From contig JAHZLH010000065.1 in assembly GCA_022599915.1 (NCBI GenBank), positions 1,155 through 65,154 on the forward strand: a stretch of DNA of 64,000 nt, written 5' to 3'. A model generated the notes under the pieces. The model was given only the letters and a program-made list of their open reading frames with translations, was not told the origin of the DNA and did not search any database. The stretch comes from Actinomycetes bacterium. Its GTDB lineage: Bacteria; Actinomycetota; Actinomycetes; S36-B12; GCA-2699445. Positions 38,307-46,876 of this stretch are shown one piece after another (position 1 is the stretch's first letter; each line of letters opens with the position of its first letter). The position numbers were made by a program, and so were the translations under genes.

Positions 38307-38873
38307 TTGCGCCATTCGCTACGAGATCGCGTTCTCGATGCTGCTGTTGCGGAGGTTGCCGCCGCCGGATGGTCAGGCGTCACCATGGTTGCGGTGGGGG
38401 AACGGGCCGGAGTTTCTCGGCAATCGGTCTACAACGAGTTCGGCTCCCGATCGGGGTTGGCTGAAGTGCTCATTCAGCGGGAAACCGGCATCTTTTTGGC
38501 GGCCGTGGCGCAGGCATTCACGGAAGCGTCTAATTCAGTGGTGGGGGTAGTGGCGGCCACCCAAGCAGTTCTGGAACTAGGTGAAGAGAATGTGCTGCTG
38601 AAGGCGGCTGTCTCGTTCGAGCCCGACACCGGCAGTGAACTCTTGCCGCTATTGACCTCGCAGTCGCAGCCCATCATCGACGCTGCAACGGTATTAGTTG
38701 CTGGCTGGTTGGGCTCGCAAGCGGAACGACTTTCATCGGCTGCGGCTGACCCCAATTTTACTGCTGGCATCATCGTTCGGTTGGTACTCAGTTTTTTGAT
38801 TCGCCCCGACGGCACGCCAGCTGAGATGGCTGATGCGGTAGGCACCGTGGCCGCCGGAATGCTTCGGCAGTAG
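38307..38873 (+). CDS. TetR-family transcriptional regulator (AlkU-like position)
   Basis: HTH segment VTMVAVGERAGVSRQSVYNEFGSRSGL. The part of the track ORF upstream of 38300 overlaps rubredoxin out of frame, so the TTG at 38307 is proposed as start (uncertain). Confidence 0.75.
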   Translation: MRHSLRDRVLDAAVAEVAAAGWSGVTMVAVGERAGVSRQSVYNEFGSRSGLAEVLIQRETGIFLAAVAQAFTEASNSVVGVVAATQAVLELGEENVLLKAAVSFEPDTGSELLPLLTSQSQPIIDAATVLVAGWLGSQAERLSSAAADPNFTAGIIVRLVLSFLIRPDGTPAEMADAVGTVAAGMLRQ

Positions 38874-38912
38874 TGACTGTGGACGTCGGTTCCTGCTACT
38901 GATCGGGGAACT

Positions 38913-40268
38913 TCACTTGGCAGCTGGGAACTTCACGTGGAAGACCGTGCCACCGCCTTCGCGGTCGGTGAGCCACAATTCAGCACCATGCGCCGCCGTC
39001 ACATCCCGCACGATCGACAGTCCCAATCCGGAGCCAGGAACCCCGCGTGACTCCACTGGTCGATAGAACCGGTCGAAGATTTGTTCGCGATCTGCTGCGG
39101 GAACGCCAGGACCCCGATCAGCAACGCTGAGTTCACGATCGTGAACGTGAATATCGATCGCTGCGTCACTGTCGTCGAACTTGATCGCATTGTCGACCAG
39201 ATTCCACACCGCACGCTCCAAAGCTGCCGCATCCGCCAACACGGTGGTGTCATCGGCATCGATGTTGATTCGCCGCCCAGTACGACGATTGGCGCGGGCT
39301 GCTACTCGTTCCACCACATCCGCCAGTACGATCAACTGGTGCTCGGCGCTGCTGCTGACTCCGGCGGCCGCTTCCAAAAGTTCAGTCACCAAAGTCGCCA
39401 GTTCTGCCGACTCGCCCTGTAGGTCGGCGACGACCCGTTGCTGGACTTCGGGATTGAGTTCGGTAAATCGCTTGAGCAGGGCGACGTTGGTGCGAATCGA
39501 GGTCAATGGCGTCCGCAGTTCGTGACCGGCATCCTGCACGAGCCGCTGTTGCTCCGCCTGAGATCGAGCTAATCGGGCCAGCATGGTGTTGAAGGCATTT
39601 GCCAGTTGACCTACCTCATCCGTGCCGGCCCCGGGAACCGTCACGTCCAGTCGACCCGTTTCACTCACCTGCACTGCTGCTGTGGTGAGCGTTTCTAGTC
39701 GACCGGCGATCCTGCGGGCCAACAGCCAGCCGATCAGCGCTGCCACCAAGGACAGTGCAATGGCCAGCCCGGTCATGATGAGCGCCAGTGAACGCAGCAC
39801 GGCAGCCTGCTCGCTCCCGTCTCGGCCGACCATCAGGGCCGCTTGACCGTTGCCATTCGTAGTGGTGACGATTCGGTAGGGGACACCATCGATGTCTTGG
39901 GTGCGGGCGATATAGATCGAGCGTGGTTCGCTTGCCAACTCGACGTCGACCGGAGTGGGCGCGAGCGATGGATCGCCGCGTAGCGGTAAGTAGGTGCCGT
40001 CACTATCAACTTTCGTTACCAACAAGCTCCGATCCTGGGGCGGTAACCTTTCGCCACCTGGTCGACCTGGTCTGTCACGACCAGATCCCGGCAGCAGCTC
40101 ACCCTCTCGCGGGCCACCGAGAATTCGTTGTCCCGCAGCTAGCAATGCCTCGTCGACTTCGGACGTGATGCGGGAGGCCACCGCAAAGTACCCCAGTGCG
40201 CCCATCAGCAACGCCACCACGGCAGCCAGTGCCGCAAAGGTAATTGCTAGTCGGGCCCGCAGTGTCAT
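38913..40268 (-). CDS. Two-component sensor histidine kinase (HAMP-HisKA-HATPase)
   Basis: H-box AGHELRTPLTSI, N-box VWNLVDNAIKF, G1 DRGPGV, G2 GSGLGLSIV. ATG at 40268 forms an ATGA overlap with the regulator stop. Confidence 0.85.
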   Translation of the reverse strand: MTLRARLAITFAALAAVVALLMGALGYFAVASRITSEVDEALLAAGQRILGGPREGELLPGSGRDRPGRPGGERLPPQDRSLLVTKVDSDGTYLPLRGDPSLAPTPVDVELASEPRSIYIARTQDIDGVPYRIVTTTNGNGQAALMVGRDGSEQAAVLRSLALIMTGLAIALSLVAALIGWLLARRIAGRLETLTTAAVQVSETGRLDVTVPGAGTDEVGQLANAFNTMLARLARSQAEQQRLVQDAGHELRTPLTSIRTNVALLKRFTELNPEVQQRVVADLQGESAELATLVTELLEAAAGVSSSAEHQLIVLADVVERVAARANRRTGRRINIDADDTTVLADAAALERAVWNLVDNAIKFDDSDAAIDIHVHDRELSVADRGPGVPAADREQIFDRFYRPVESRGVPGSGLGLSIVRDVTAAHGAELWLTDREGGGTVFHVKFPAAK

Positions 40269-40939
40269 GACGCCCGCAAGCTGTAGCCGACGCCGCGGAC
40301 TGAGCGGATGAGTTCGTCTCCCGGTGCGGAAAGTTTGCGTCGCAGATAGCCCACGTAGACCGCGAGGTTCTTGGATTCCGATCCGAAGTCGTAGCCCCAA
40401 ATCCGCTCATAGATCGTCGAACGTTCCAGTACGATGCCGGCGTTGCGCATGAGCAGTTCCAGCAAGTCAAACTCTGTTTTGGACAGTTCGATTTCAGTGG
40501 CGCCCTGCCAGACCCGGCGAGAGTTGGGCGATAGCCGCAACTCACCGACGCGAAGGTCCGCGGAATCGTTGCTGGCGGTGGAGCGTCGCAACAGCGCACG
40601 CAGGCGAGCCAGTACTTCGTCTAAGTCGTAGGGCTTGGTGACGTAGTCGTCGGCGCCAGCGTCTAGTCCCGCTACTCGATCGGCAGTCTCGACCCGGGCG
40701 GTGAGCATCAGAATCGGAATTCTGTCGCCCTCGGCCCGCAGCAGTTGGCAGACGCCCAATCCATCGATACCTGGCATCATCACGTCGAGCACCATGATGT
40801 CCACCGGGTCGGTCCGGTAGGACGCGAGTGCTGATACCCCATCGGTCGCGGTCACGACCTCATACCCCTCAAGTTGCAGTGCGGCGGCCAGCGAATCTCG
40901 GATCGCTCGGTCATCGTCTGCGAGTAGCACTCGGTTCAT
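40265..40939 (-). CDS. OmpR/PhoB-family response regulator
   Basis: 224 aa. Receiver (VLLADDD...DVMMPGIDG...LTA) plus a winged-helix output domain (LSKTEFDLLELLM...RSVRGVGY). Confidence 0.9.
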   Translation of the reverse strand: MNRVLLADDDRAIRDSLAAALQLEGYEVVTATDGVSALASYRTDPVDIMVLDVMMPGIDGLGVCQLLRAEGDRIPILMLTARVETADRVAGLDAGADDYVTKPYDLDEVLARLRALLRRSTASNDSADLRVGELRLSPNSRRVWQGATEIELSKTEFDLLELLMRNAGIVLERSTIYERIWGYDFGSESKNLAVYVGYLRRKLSAPGDELIRSVRGVGYSLRAS

Positions 40940-40962
40940 AGTGTCAGTCTTTCAAAGCAGCA

Positions 40963-40990
40963 GGGGCACCGGTGGGATTACCGGTGCCCC
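40963..40990 (-). terminator. Hairpin between the PepSY gene and the response-regulator gene
   Basis: GGGGCACCGG-tgggatta-CCGGTGCCCC, a perfect 10-bp GC stem 20 nt downstream of the PepSY stop (41010). Confidence 0.45.
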
Positions 40991-41009
40991 AGAGTTCAAT
41001 CACTGCTTA

Positions 41010-42110
41010 CTAGGCGGTTGTCGTCTGCTCTGCTGAGTCTTCAGAGTCGGGAGATCCACCAGGACCACCGGGGCCACCTGGACCACCAAATCCTCCGGGC
41101 CCACCCGGACCGCGGTGGTGCCGACCCTCACCTCGCTCCGGGAGTTCCTCGGTGTCGAGGACCTTGAACTGCTTATTCAGCTTCACCAGCACACCGCCGT
41201 CATCAGTACGGACGATCACGTAATAGCGGTTCCCCTTCTGGACCGCGCGCATAGCAGTCCCATCAACCGCTGCCGTTGCCGCCGACTCAGCTTTCCGCTC
41301 GGTATTGCCGGTGAGTGGCTTGCCTGGTCCACGCTTCGCCTTCATGATCTTCTGCACAGCAAACTCGCTATCCAATAAGACGACTCGTTTCTTGCCCGAC
41401 TGCATTTTCACAAAGACTGCATAGCCACCATCGGTTTTGCTGAACACCTGCTTCGGCTCGCCGTTCGGCAGCGCTTCTTGTGCAGCGGCTTTGGCCTGCT
41501 CCGCGGCTTCACCGGTGACCGGCTCGCCCTTGGGCCCCCTGCGGTCAGGCAGATCCTTGACCTCTTCCACCGCGTAGTTCTCATCCAGCAACACCACGAC
41601 TCGGTTACCGTCGTCATTGGTCATCCCCACCGCGTAGCCGCCATCCGGTCGGGCAAAGACGTGGTGAGCGGTGCCCCCCGATACTTCGGCTTCTGCGGCC
41701 GCGGTGGCCTGTTCGGCGGCTTCACCGGTCACCGGCTCGCCCTTGGGGCCGTGGCCGCGACGATCGCCCAACTCCTTGACCTCTTCTGGTTCGAAGTTGT
41801 CCGTCAGCAACACGACGACGCGTTGGCCGTCGGCGTTGGTCATACCCACGGCGTAGCCGCCGTCGGGTCGGGCGAAGACGTGGTGAGCAGTACCCCCCGG
41901 CACCGCGTCTGTCGCGGCAGTCTTGGCTTGTTCGGCGGTTTCACCGGTGACCGGTTCACCCTTGGGTCCGTGCGGTCCTCGGTGCTGTCGCTCCGACTGC
42001 GCACTCTGGCTACCGTCCTGCGCGTTGGCCAGGCCAATCCCGCCCATCGCCGCTGCCGTGAGGGCAATAGCACCAGCGCCGACGCCCAAGGCTGCAATCT
42101 TGTTATTCAT
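41010..42110 (-). CDS. Secreted protein with four tandem PepSY domains and a GPGG-rich tail
   Basis: The unit KGEPVTGEAAEQA.AAA...GGTAHHVFARPDGGYAVGMTN.DG.RVVVLL...EVK.L repeats four times. Signal peptide present. ATG at 42110 has GGAGGA 7 nt upstream and is preferred over 42149. Confidence 0.75.
   Translation of the reverse strand: MNNKIAALGVGAGAIALTAAAMGGIGLANAQDGSQSAQSERQHRGPHGPKGEPVTGETAEQAKTAATDAVPGGTAHHVFARPDGGYAVGMTNADGQRVVVLLTDNFEPEEVKELGDRRGHGPKGEPVTGEAAEQATAAAEAEVSGGTAHHVFARPDGGYAVGMTNDDGNRVVVLLDENYAVEEVKDLPDRRGPKGEPVTGEAAEQAKAAAQEALPNGEPKQVFSKTDGGYAVFVKMQSGKKRVVLLDSEFAVQKIMKAKRGPGKPLTGNTERKAESAATAAVDGTAMRAVQKGNRYYVIVRTDDGGVLVKLNKQFKVLDTEELPERGEGRHHRGPGGPGGFGGPGGPGGPGGSPDSEDSAEQTTTA
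41139..41981 (-). repeat. Four tandem ~70-aa PepSY-coding repeats
   Basis: Units 1 and 2 are near-identical at protein level. Units 3 and 4 are progressively diverged. Confidence 0.6.
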
Positions 42111-42218
42111 CTCGATTCCTCCAGGTTTCCCTTTGGTTGTCGAGTTCACTGTTCACCCGCTGATTCAGAGAGCGTCGTGATCAGGGTAAGGGTCAGGAAA
42201 GAATCCAGACTTTCTCGA

Positions 42219-44021
42219 TCAGCCGTTTGCAGGTCGCTTCGGAATCCCAGGGGCGGGCAGATTGTCATAGACCCGATTCAATCGAGGCGATCCCAGCCCG
42301 GTGGCTAGGTCGTAGCCCTTGCCAGCCTCACAGCAGCCTTGATCGTAAAGATCGTTGTTTCCTTGGGTGATGTCGCGGATGCTGTCAGATCCCGACCCCA
42401 GTGAGTACAGCAGCGGTGAGACTAGCCCTAGCGGTGGTCGGCCCTTGCGTTGCTCATTGCCCGCCATCGTGGCGACCGCGGCAGCCAAGAAGGGCGTGGC
42501 GGCACTGGTGCCACCAACCGGTTGGACAACAAGTTGTGAGTTGATTGCGGTCCACAGCGGCCAGCCGGGGGAAAGGCCAGCGTGGAGTGCCACGTCGGGA
42601 AGGCTGCGGGTTTTACCCGGGATTCCGGCTTTCTTCTGCCACCACGGCTTGTTCACCACCAGAGACTTGCCACCGCCACCGCTGAGGTTTGCCGGGCCGA
42701 GCGGTGGTTGTAGCCCGGAGTCGTTCCACGCCCACTCCTTCTTCAGGGTGTTGTTCTTGCGTACCGTGAGTTGGCTACCCCCGACGGCGGTAATGCCCTG
42801 GGTCGCGGCTGGTAGATTTACCGAAAGTTGCGGGTCACCTTCGCCCGTGTCCTGGTCGACGCAATCGCTGGAGCCGCTATCTCCGGCTGCGGCGAAGACC
42901 GATACGCCGGCCAGGGACAGCCGAGTCGCTACCGATGCGGTGATCTCGAAGCCGGGGAGCCAACCCAAGTCCTGGGCGGCACTCAGTTCACACATACCGT
43001 AGGAGGAGGTAACGGCATCGGGCAGCTCGCCACCGTCAAAGGCGCTGGCGTAGAGCAGGAAAGAACGTGGGTCCACATTGACGGTCTGTACGACATCGAC
43101 GGAACTCCCCTTGGGCAGCATCGCCTGGGCGACTTGGACATCGAGGTCACCCTCGGCTCCCTCAGGTATCTCCCCCTCGATACCGGGCAGAGTTGATCGA
43201 GTGAACCGGATGCTCGGCAGGTCGAAGCATTTGCGTGACGCCAGTAGCGCCTCATCGGAGAATCCTTCCCCTTGCGCGATAACCAAGAGGCGGGTTTCCC
43301 GCCCTACTTTTCGACCCGAGGGTATGTCGTCCAAGCCGTAGGCGGTTCGCAGTTGGTTGTAGGAGTAGGTGTAAGTGCTGGTCTGCTCGCCGATCTCACT
43401 CAGGCAGCCTTCGGGTGTCCCGCGATTCTTGCCAGTGAATGATTCCGGGCTTTGCGACTGTTGGCTGATCGGAGTAGGTTCGTAGGCGGCTTGGACATCG
43501 ATGCCCGACCATTCCGTGATCAACGGTGCGATCCGATCCGGCGGCGTCAGAACGTAGGCGAACTCTGCCGCGCCACCGGGCAACGCAACGTTTTGAACCT
43601 CAACCTCGGCTCCGGTCCAGGCGGATAGCTGCTCCGCTGTGCCGGAGATACCGGCGAACACGCCGGTGCGATCCATCCGAAGTCGCAGCCCAAAGCTCTC
43701 GACGTCGTCGCGGAGTGCCTGAATCGTGTCTGGCTGCGCGCCGTATTGCTTGCGGATCTTTTTTCGGCTGGGGAAGTTCCGGTAGCTCTCGGAGTTCGGA
43801 TTCGACACCTTGCGCAGGGCCTTGTTGGCGGCGCGTTCGTTACGGGCCAGTCCGACGTGGAAGGTGATGTCGTCGCTAGCGGTCGCGCGGAGTTCCGCCT
43901 CGGTTGCGTTGCGGTCTTCGGCGGTGGCGCCGGTGGCGCCCGAGATCAGCAACGCGGCGGCTACGAGGGCGAGCAGTGGTCCCCTTGCGGAACCGGAGCG
44001 TATGGCACTGAGGCGGATCAT
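42219..44021 (-). CDS. S53 (sedolisin/kumamolisin-type) serine-carboxyl peptidase with pro-domain
   Basis: Signal peptide MIRLSAIRSGSARGPLLALVAAALLISGATGATA. N-terminal pro-kumamolisin-like activation domain. Catalytic Ser context GGTSAATPFLAA. ATG at 44021 is preferred over the track start 44177. Confidence 0.8.
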   Translation of the reverse strand: MIRLSAIRSGSARGPLLALVAAALLISGATGATAEDRNATEAELRATASDDITFHVGLARNERAANKALRKVSNPNSESYRNFPSRKKIRKQYGAQPDTIQALRDDVESFGLRLRMDRTGVFAGISGTAEQLSAWTGAEVEVQNVALPGGAAEFAYVLTPPDRIAPLITEWSGIDVQAAYEPTPISQQSQSPESFTGKNRGTPEGCLSEIGEQTSTYTYSYNQLRTAYGLDDIPSGRKVGRETRLLVIAQGEGFSDEALLASRKCFDLPSIRFTRSTLPGIEGEIPEGAEGDLDVQVAQAMLPKGSSVDVVQTVNVDPRSFLLYASAFDGGELPDAVTSSYGMCELSAAQDLGWLPGFEITASVATRLSLAGVSVFAAAGDSGSSDCVDQDTGEGDPQLSVNLPAATQGITAVGGSQLTVRKNNTLKKEWAWNDSGLQPPLGPANLSGGGGKSLVVNKPWWQKKAGIPGKTRSLPDVALHAGLSPGWPLWTAINSQLVVQPVGGTSAATPFLAAAVATMAGNEQRKGRPPLGLVSPLLYSLGSGSDSIRDITQGNNDLYDQGCCEAGKGYDLATGLGSPRLNRVYDNLPAPGIPKRPANG

Positions 44022-44307
44022 TCGAGTCCCTTCTACGAGCGAACATCTCTGTGCCTCTGAACCTAGCAGTGGACACCAGTCGACAGGCGCACAGTGGTGT
44101 TGTGGTTGCGGCTCATGCCGATCTGGTTGGACTAGTGGCGAAGGGCCGATCGCTCTCGAGGTGTTGCGGGAAGCCAAGCGGTAGACATGACGGCTCCGGA
44201 GGAGTGCCCGCTGAACAATCGGTGGCGGCTACGCCGTGAACCAAGGGATGCGCTACGTCGTGCAGTAACTCCTCAGTTCAGTCATTTCAGTGCAGTAATC
44301 GACGACA

Positions 44308-44358
44308 ACAAAAAGCCCGGAGCCGGTCGCCCTCGCAAGAGAGCGCCCGCCCCGGGCT
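44308..44358 (-). terminator. Rho-independent terminator of the lipoprotein gene
   Basis: On the minus strand, AGCCCGG...(inner stem CGCTCTC-ttgc-GAGGGCG)...CCGGGCT is followed by TTTTTGTTG. It lies 20 nt after the stop at 44378. Confidence 0.65.
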
Positions 44359-44377
44359 TGTCAGCGACTAGTGCCGA

Positions 44378-44818
44378 TCAGCAACCGAGCTGGCTATTGA
44401 TCGCATCGAGGTCTGACTCCAAAGTGTCCTGAGCCGTGGCCACTTGCGAAGCAGCTTCAGCCAAAGACAGATCCTGGTCATCCGAGATCGACTTGAGGGT
44501 GTCCTGGTACTTGTCGACGGCAGTGGTTACCTGCTGGGCAACGGCCTCGTTGCGCTCACCGAGAGCGTCCTTGAGCGACATCCACCCTTCGGCGATGGTG
44601 TTGGCGGTGTCCTGCGCCTGGCCGATGGTGACCTGTCCTTCGCCACTTGCGGCACTCTCGGCGCCACTGATGGCCGAATCGACCGTGGTGTTGAAGCCGG
44701 CTAGCGATTCACAGACCTGAGCATTGGCATCAGCAGTCTGCTCCTCTTCCGACGAGCTGCACGCGGTGAAGGTGAGAGCGGCCGCGAAAGCGACTGCTCC
44801 GATTGCGAACTTACGCAT
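44378..44818 (-). CDS. Lipoprotein of unknown function (helical, Ala/Gln/Asp-rich)
   Basis: 146 aa with the lipobox signal MRKFAIGAVAFAAALTFTAC. No recognisable catalytic motif. Confidence 0.7.
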   Translation of the reverse strand: MRKFAIGAVAFAAALTFTACSSSEEEQTADANAQVCESLAGFNTTVDSAISGAESAASGEGQVTIGQAQDTANTIAEGWMSLKDALGERNEAVAQQVTTAVDKYQDTLKSISDDQDLSLAEAASQVATAQDTLESDLDAINSQLGC

Positions 44819-45059
44819 GAAATTCCTTTCGATGTTGTCGCGTCATCCTAGCGAGCGCAAGCAACCTGCCAGGTCGGACCCGATGAATCTCCGTGTGAAG
44901 CCCAGCGGACGAGCGGCGGCTAACTTCTGCTGCGGAGGTCCAGCGTAAGCGTCGGCCAGCAATCTTTTCGTTGCGCTGCTAACCGGTAGTTCCGGGTGAC
45001 ATAGTGGCGGCAGTGCTCCCGTCAGCCAGGCGGCGTGCGCTGTGGAGAAGGAGAACCCT

Positions 45060-46394
45060 ATGCAAAAACGACTGCTCGCTTTGGTCGCTGCCGGTGGGCT
45101 AGGGCTGTCCGCCCTCGTCGCCGGCGGCGGTGCAACCGCCAGCGAATCGAGTGGCTCCGATGCTGGACCCGCCCTGTCGGCCAACATCGTCGAATGTCCC
45201 CGACTGATGGCCCATCGTGGTGGCGACGAAACACCGCCTAACACCAACGAGAACTCCATGGCCGCATTCGAGCGAGCCGCAGACATCGGCGTGTGGGGTA
45301 TTGAAACCGACGTCTGGTTCACCAAGGACATGTATCCGGTGTTGATGCACGATGACACATTGGATCGCACTACGAACGCGCCCGCCGGTACCAAAGTTGG
45401 GGATATTACCTACGAGCAGTTAAAGCAGTACCGGTTGAACAACGGCGAAATGATTCCCACACTGAACCAATATCTGGACCTACTCAAGGAACGGGATATC
45501 TGGGGTTTTGTGGAGTACAAGGATGCGGATGATCCGACCAAGTACCAGGCCTACCTGACTGCGCTGCAAGATTCGGAGGCGAAGGTTTATGCGGCTGGCT
45601 TCTCGAAGGAACTGCTGAACTGGGTGCATCAGCAAGACCCCACGATGGATCTCATGTGGTTCGGCGAGTTGGACAAGCAGATTGGCTTCGTGCCGATGCC
45701 GATCAAACTGAACGAAGTGCCAGGGCAGCCCAAGGGTAATCCCGGTTTCTACAACATTTGGGTGCAGCGCTCCGATGTCACCGCAGCGACTCAGAAGGGT
45801 ATGCGAGTCAATACCTGGTACAACACGTTGACCGGTGGCGATAACCCCACCGCCGCTGGCGAGTTCGATACGTCGGGAACTGGACTAACGCCTGAGGTGG
45901 AGAACATCATCGACTCGGTCTCTGAAAACCGGGGGATGCGTGGCCACGGCTGGGAGTACATGGCTCAGATCGGCACCTACTGGGTGACCACCGACTGGCC
46001 AGACTGGTACCGCGCCTGGGCGCAATCCCAGGAGGGCTCGGAAAATCCCTACTGCGTACCGCCAGCTCCGAAGGAGTCGATGGTGGAATGCGCCGAGGTG
46101 CCCAAGGCCAAGAAGATGAGGGTGGGCAAGACCTACACCATCGTGGAAAAGGGCTGCGAGAGCAGCGCCGGCAAGCCGGTGGCCCTCAAGGTCAACAAGA
46201 AGGCCGTCAAGAAAGACCGAGTCAAGGTTAAAGGCAAGCAGGACAACAAGATCAAGATCAAGGACATCGGGAAAGTCAAGATCAAGGTCAAGGCCGCCAA
46301 GTTGACCAACAGCTACAGCGGCAACGGCCTCGACGAGACCTGGACGGTCTACGACAAGTACCTGATGGAGAAGAATCGCAAGATCAAGAAGTAA
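45060..46394 (+). CDS. Secreted glycerophosphodiester phosphodiesterase-family protein with Lys-rich C-terminal module
   Basis: GDPD motifs MAHRGG...ENS..AF and GIETDVWFTKD..PVLMHDDTLDRTT. Signal peptide MQKRLLALVAAGGLGLSALVAGGGA. ATG at 45060 follows GGAGAAGGAGA. The last 93 aa are Lys-rich. Confidence 0.85.
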   Translation: MQKRLLALVAAGGLGLSALVAGGGATASESSGSDAGPALSANIVECPRLMAHRGGDETPPNTNENSMAAFERAADIGVWGIETDVWFTKDMYPVLMHDDTLDRTTNAPAGTKVGDITYEQLKQYRLNNGEMIPTLNQYLDLLKERDIWGFVEYKDADDPTKYQAYLTALQDSEAKVYAAGFSKELLNWVHQQDPTMDLMWFGELDKQIGFVPMPIKLNEVPGQPKGNPGFYNIWVQRSDVTAATQKGMRVNTWYNTLTGGDNPTAAGEFDTSGTGLTPEVENIIDSVSENRGMRGHGWEYMAQIGTYWVTTDWPDWYRAWAQSQEGSENPYCVPPAPKESMVECAEVPKAKKMRVGKTYTIVEKGCESSAGKPVALKVNKKAVKKDRVKVKGKQDNKIKIKDIGKVKIKVKAAKLTNSYSGNGLDETWTVYDKYLMEKNRKIKK

Positions 46395-46431
46395 CGGCAA
46401 CGCCGGGCGGAAACGCGCGGTTGCCCTATTG

Positions 46432-46463
46432 GTAGGTCCGCAGCCTTCGGGTTGCGGACCTAC
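46432..46463. terminator. Bidirectional hairpin between convergent GDPD gene and RiPP precursor A
   Basis: GTAGGTCCGCAgCC-ttcg-GGtTGCGGACCTAC, a 14-bp stem with a UUCG-type loop. It lies 38 nt after the + stop and 6 nt after the - stop. Confidence 0.6.
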
Positions 46464-46468
46464 TTGCG

Positions 46469-46876
46469 TTAGCGTGCGGAATCGACGTCTTGTGTCCAGG
46501 TCTCATGGCTGACTGCGCCAGTGCAACTGGCACACGGGCAGCAACACGCGAGGCCGGACGCGTCCAGCCCCAACTGATCGTCAGCCGCCAGCACCTCCTC
46601 CGGCGCCTGCGGGATCGGAAATCGGTGAATCGCTTTCATGCCCCGGCCCACCGAATGCCAGTCGCCTGGGGAAGCCCCTGGGTCCTCGAAAAACTCCACC
46701 TCATATCGCTCGGGAAACATCAGCCCTTCGGCGTGCAGGATCGGGGTGGGGTCGGCGAGGAGTTGTTGCTTGAAGTCGCCGTCAATCCAGGCGCGGGCGA
46801 TCAGTCGAGAAATGACCGACTCCCATTCGTCCCGGTACTCACTGAATTCATCGGTGGCGCTGCTCTCGGCCGTCAC
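46469..46876 (-). CDS. RiPP precursor A, nitrile-hydratase-like leader peptide (NHLP) family, poly-Cys core
   Basis: 135 aa. The leader has the NHLP pattern ARAW.D..FKQ.L...P...(EG)...Y.VEF..DP....GDW..VGRG. The C-terminal core is LACCCPCASCTGAVSHETWTQDVDSAR after ...LDASG. The GTG start overlaps the LLM stop (GTGA). Confidence 0.85.
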   Translation of the reverse strand: MTAESSATDEFSEYRDEWESVISRLIARAWIDGDFKQQLLADPTPILHAEGLMFPERYEVEFFEDPGASPGDWHSVGRGMKAIHRFPIPQAPEEVLAADDQLGLDASGLACCCPCASCTGAVSHETWTQDVDSAR

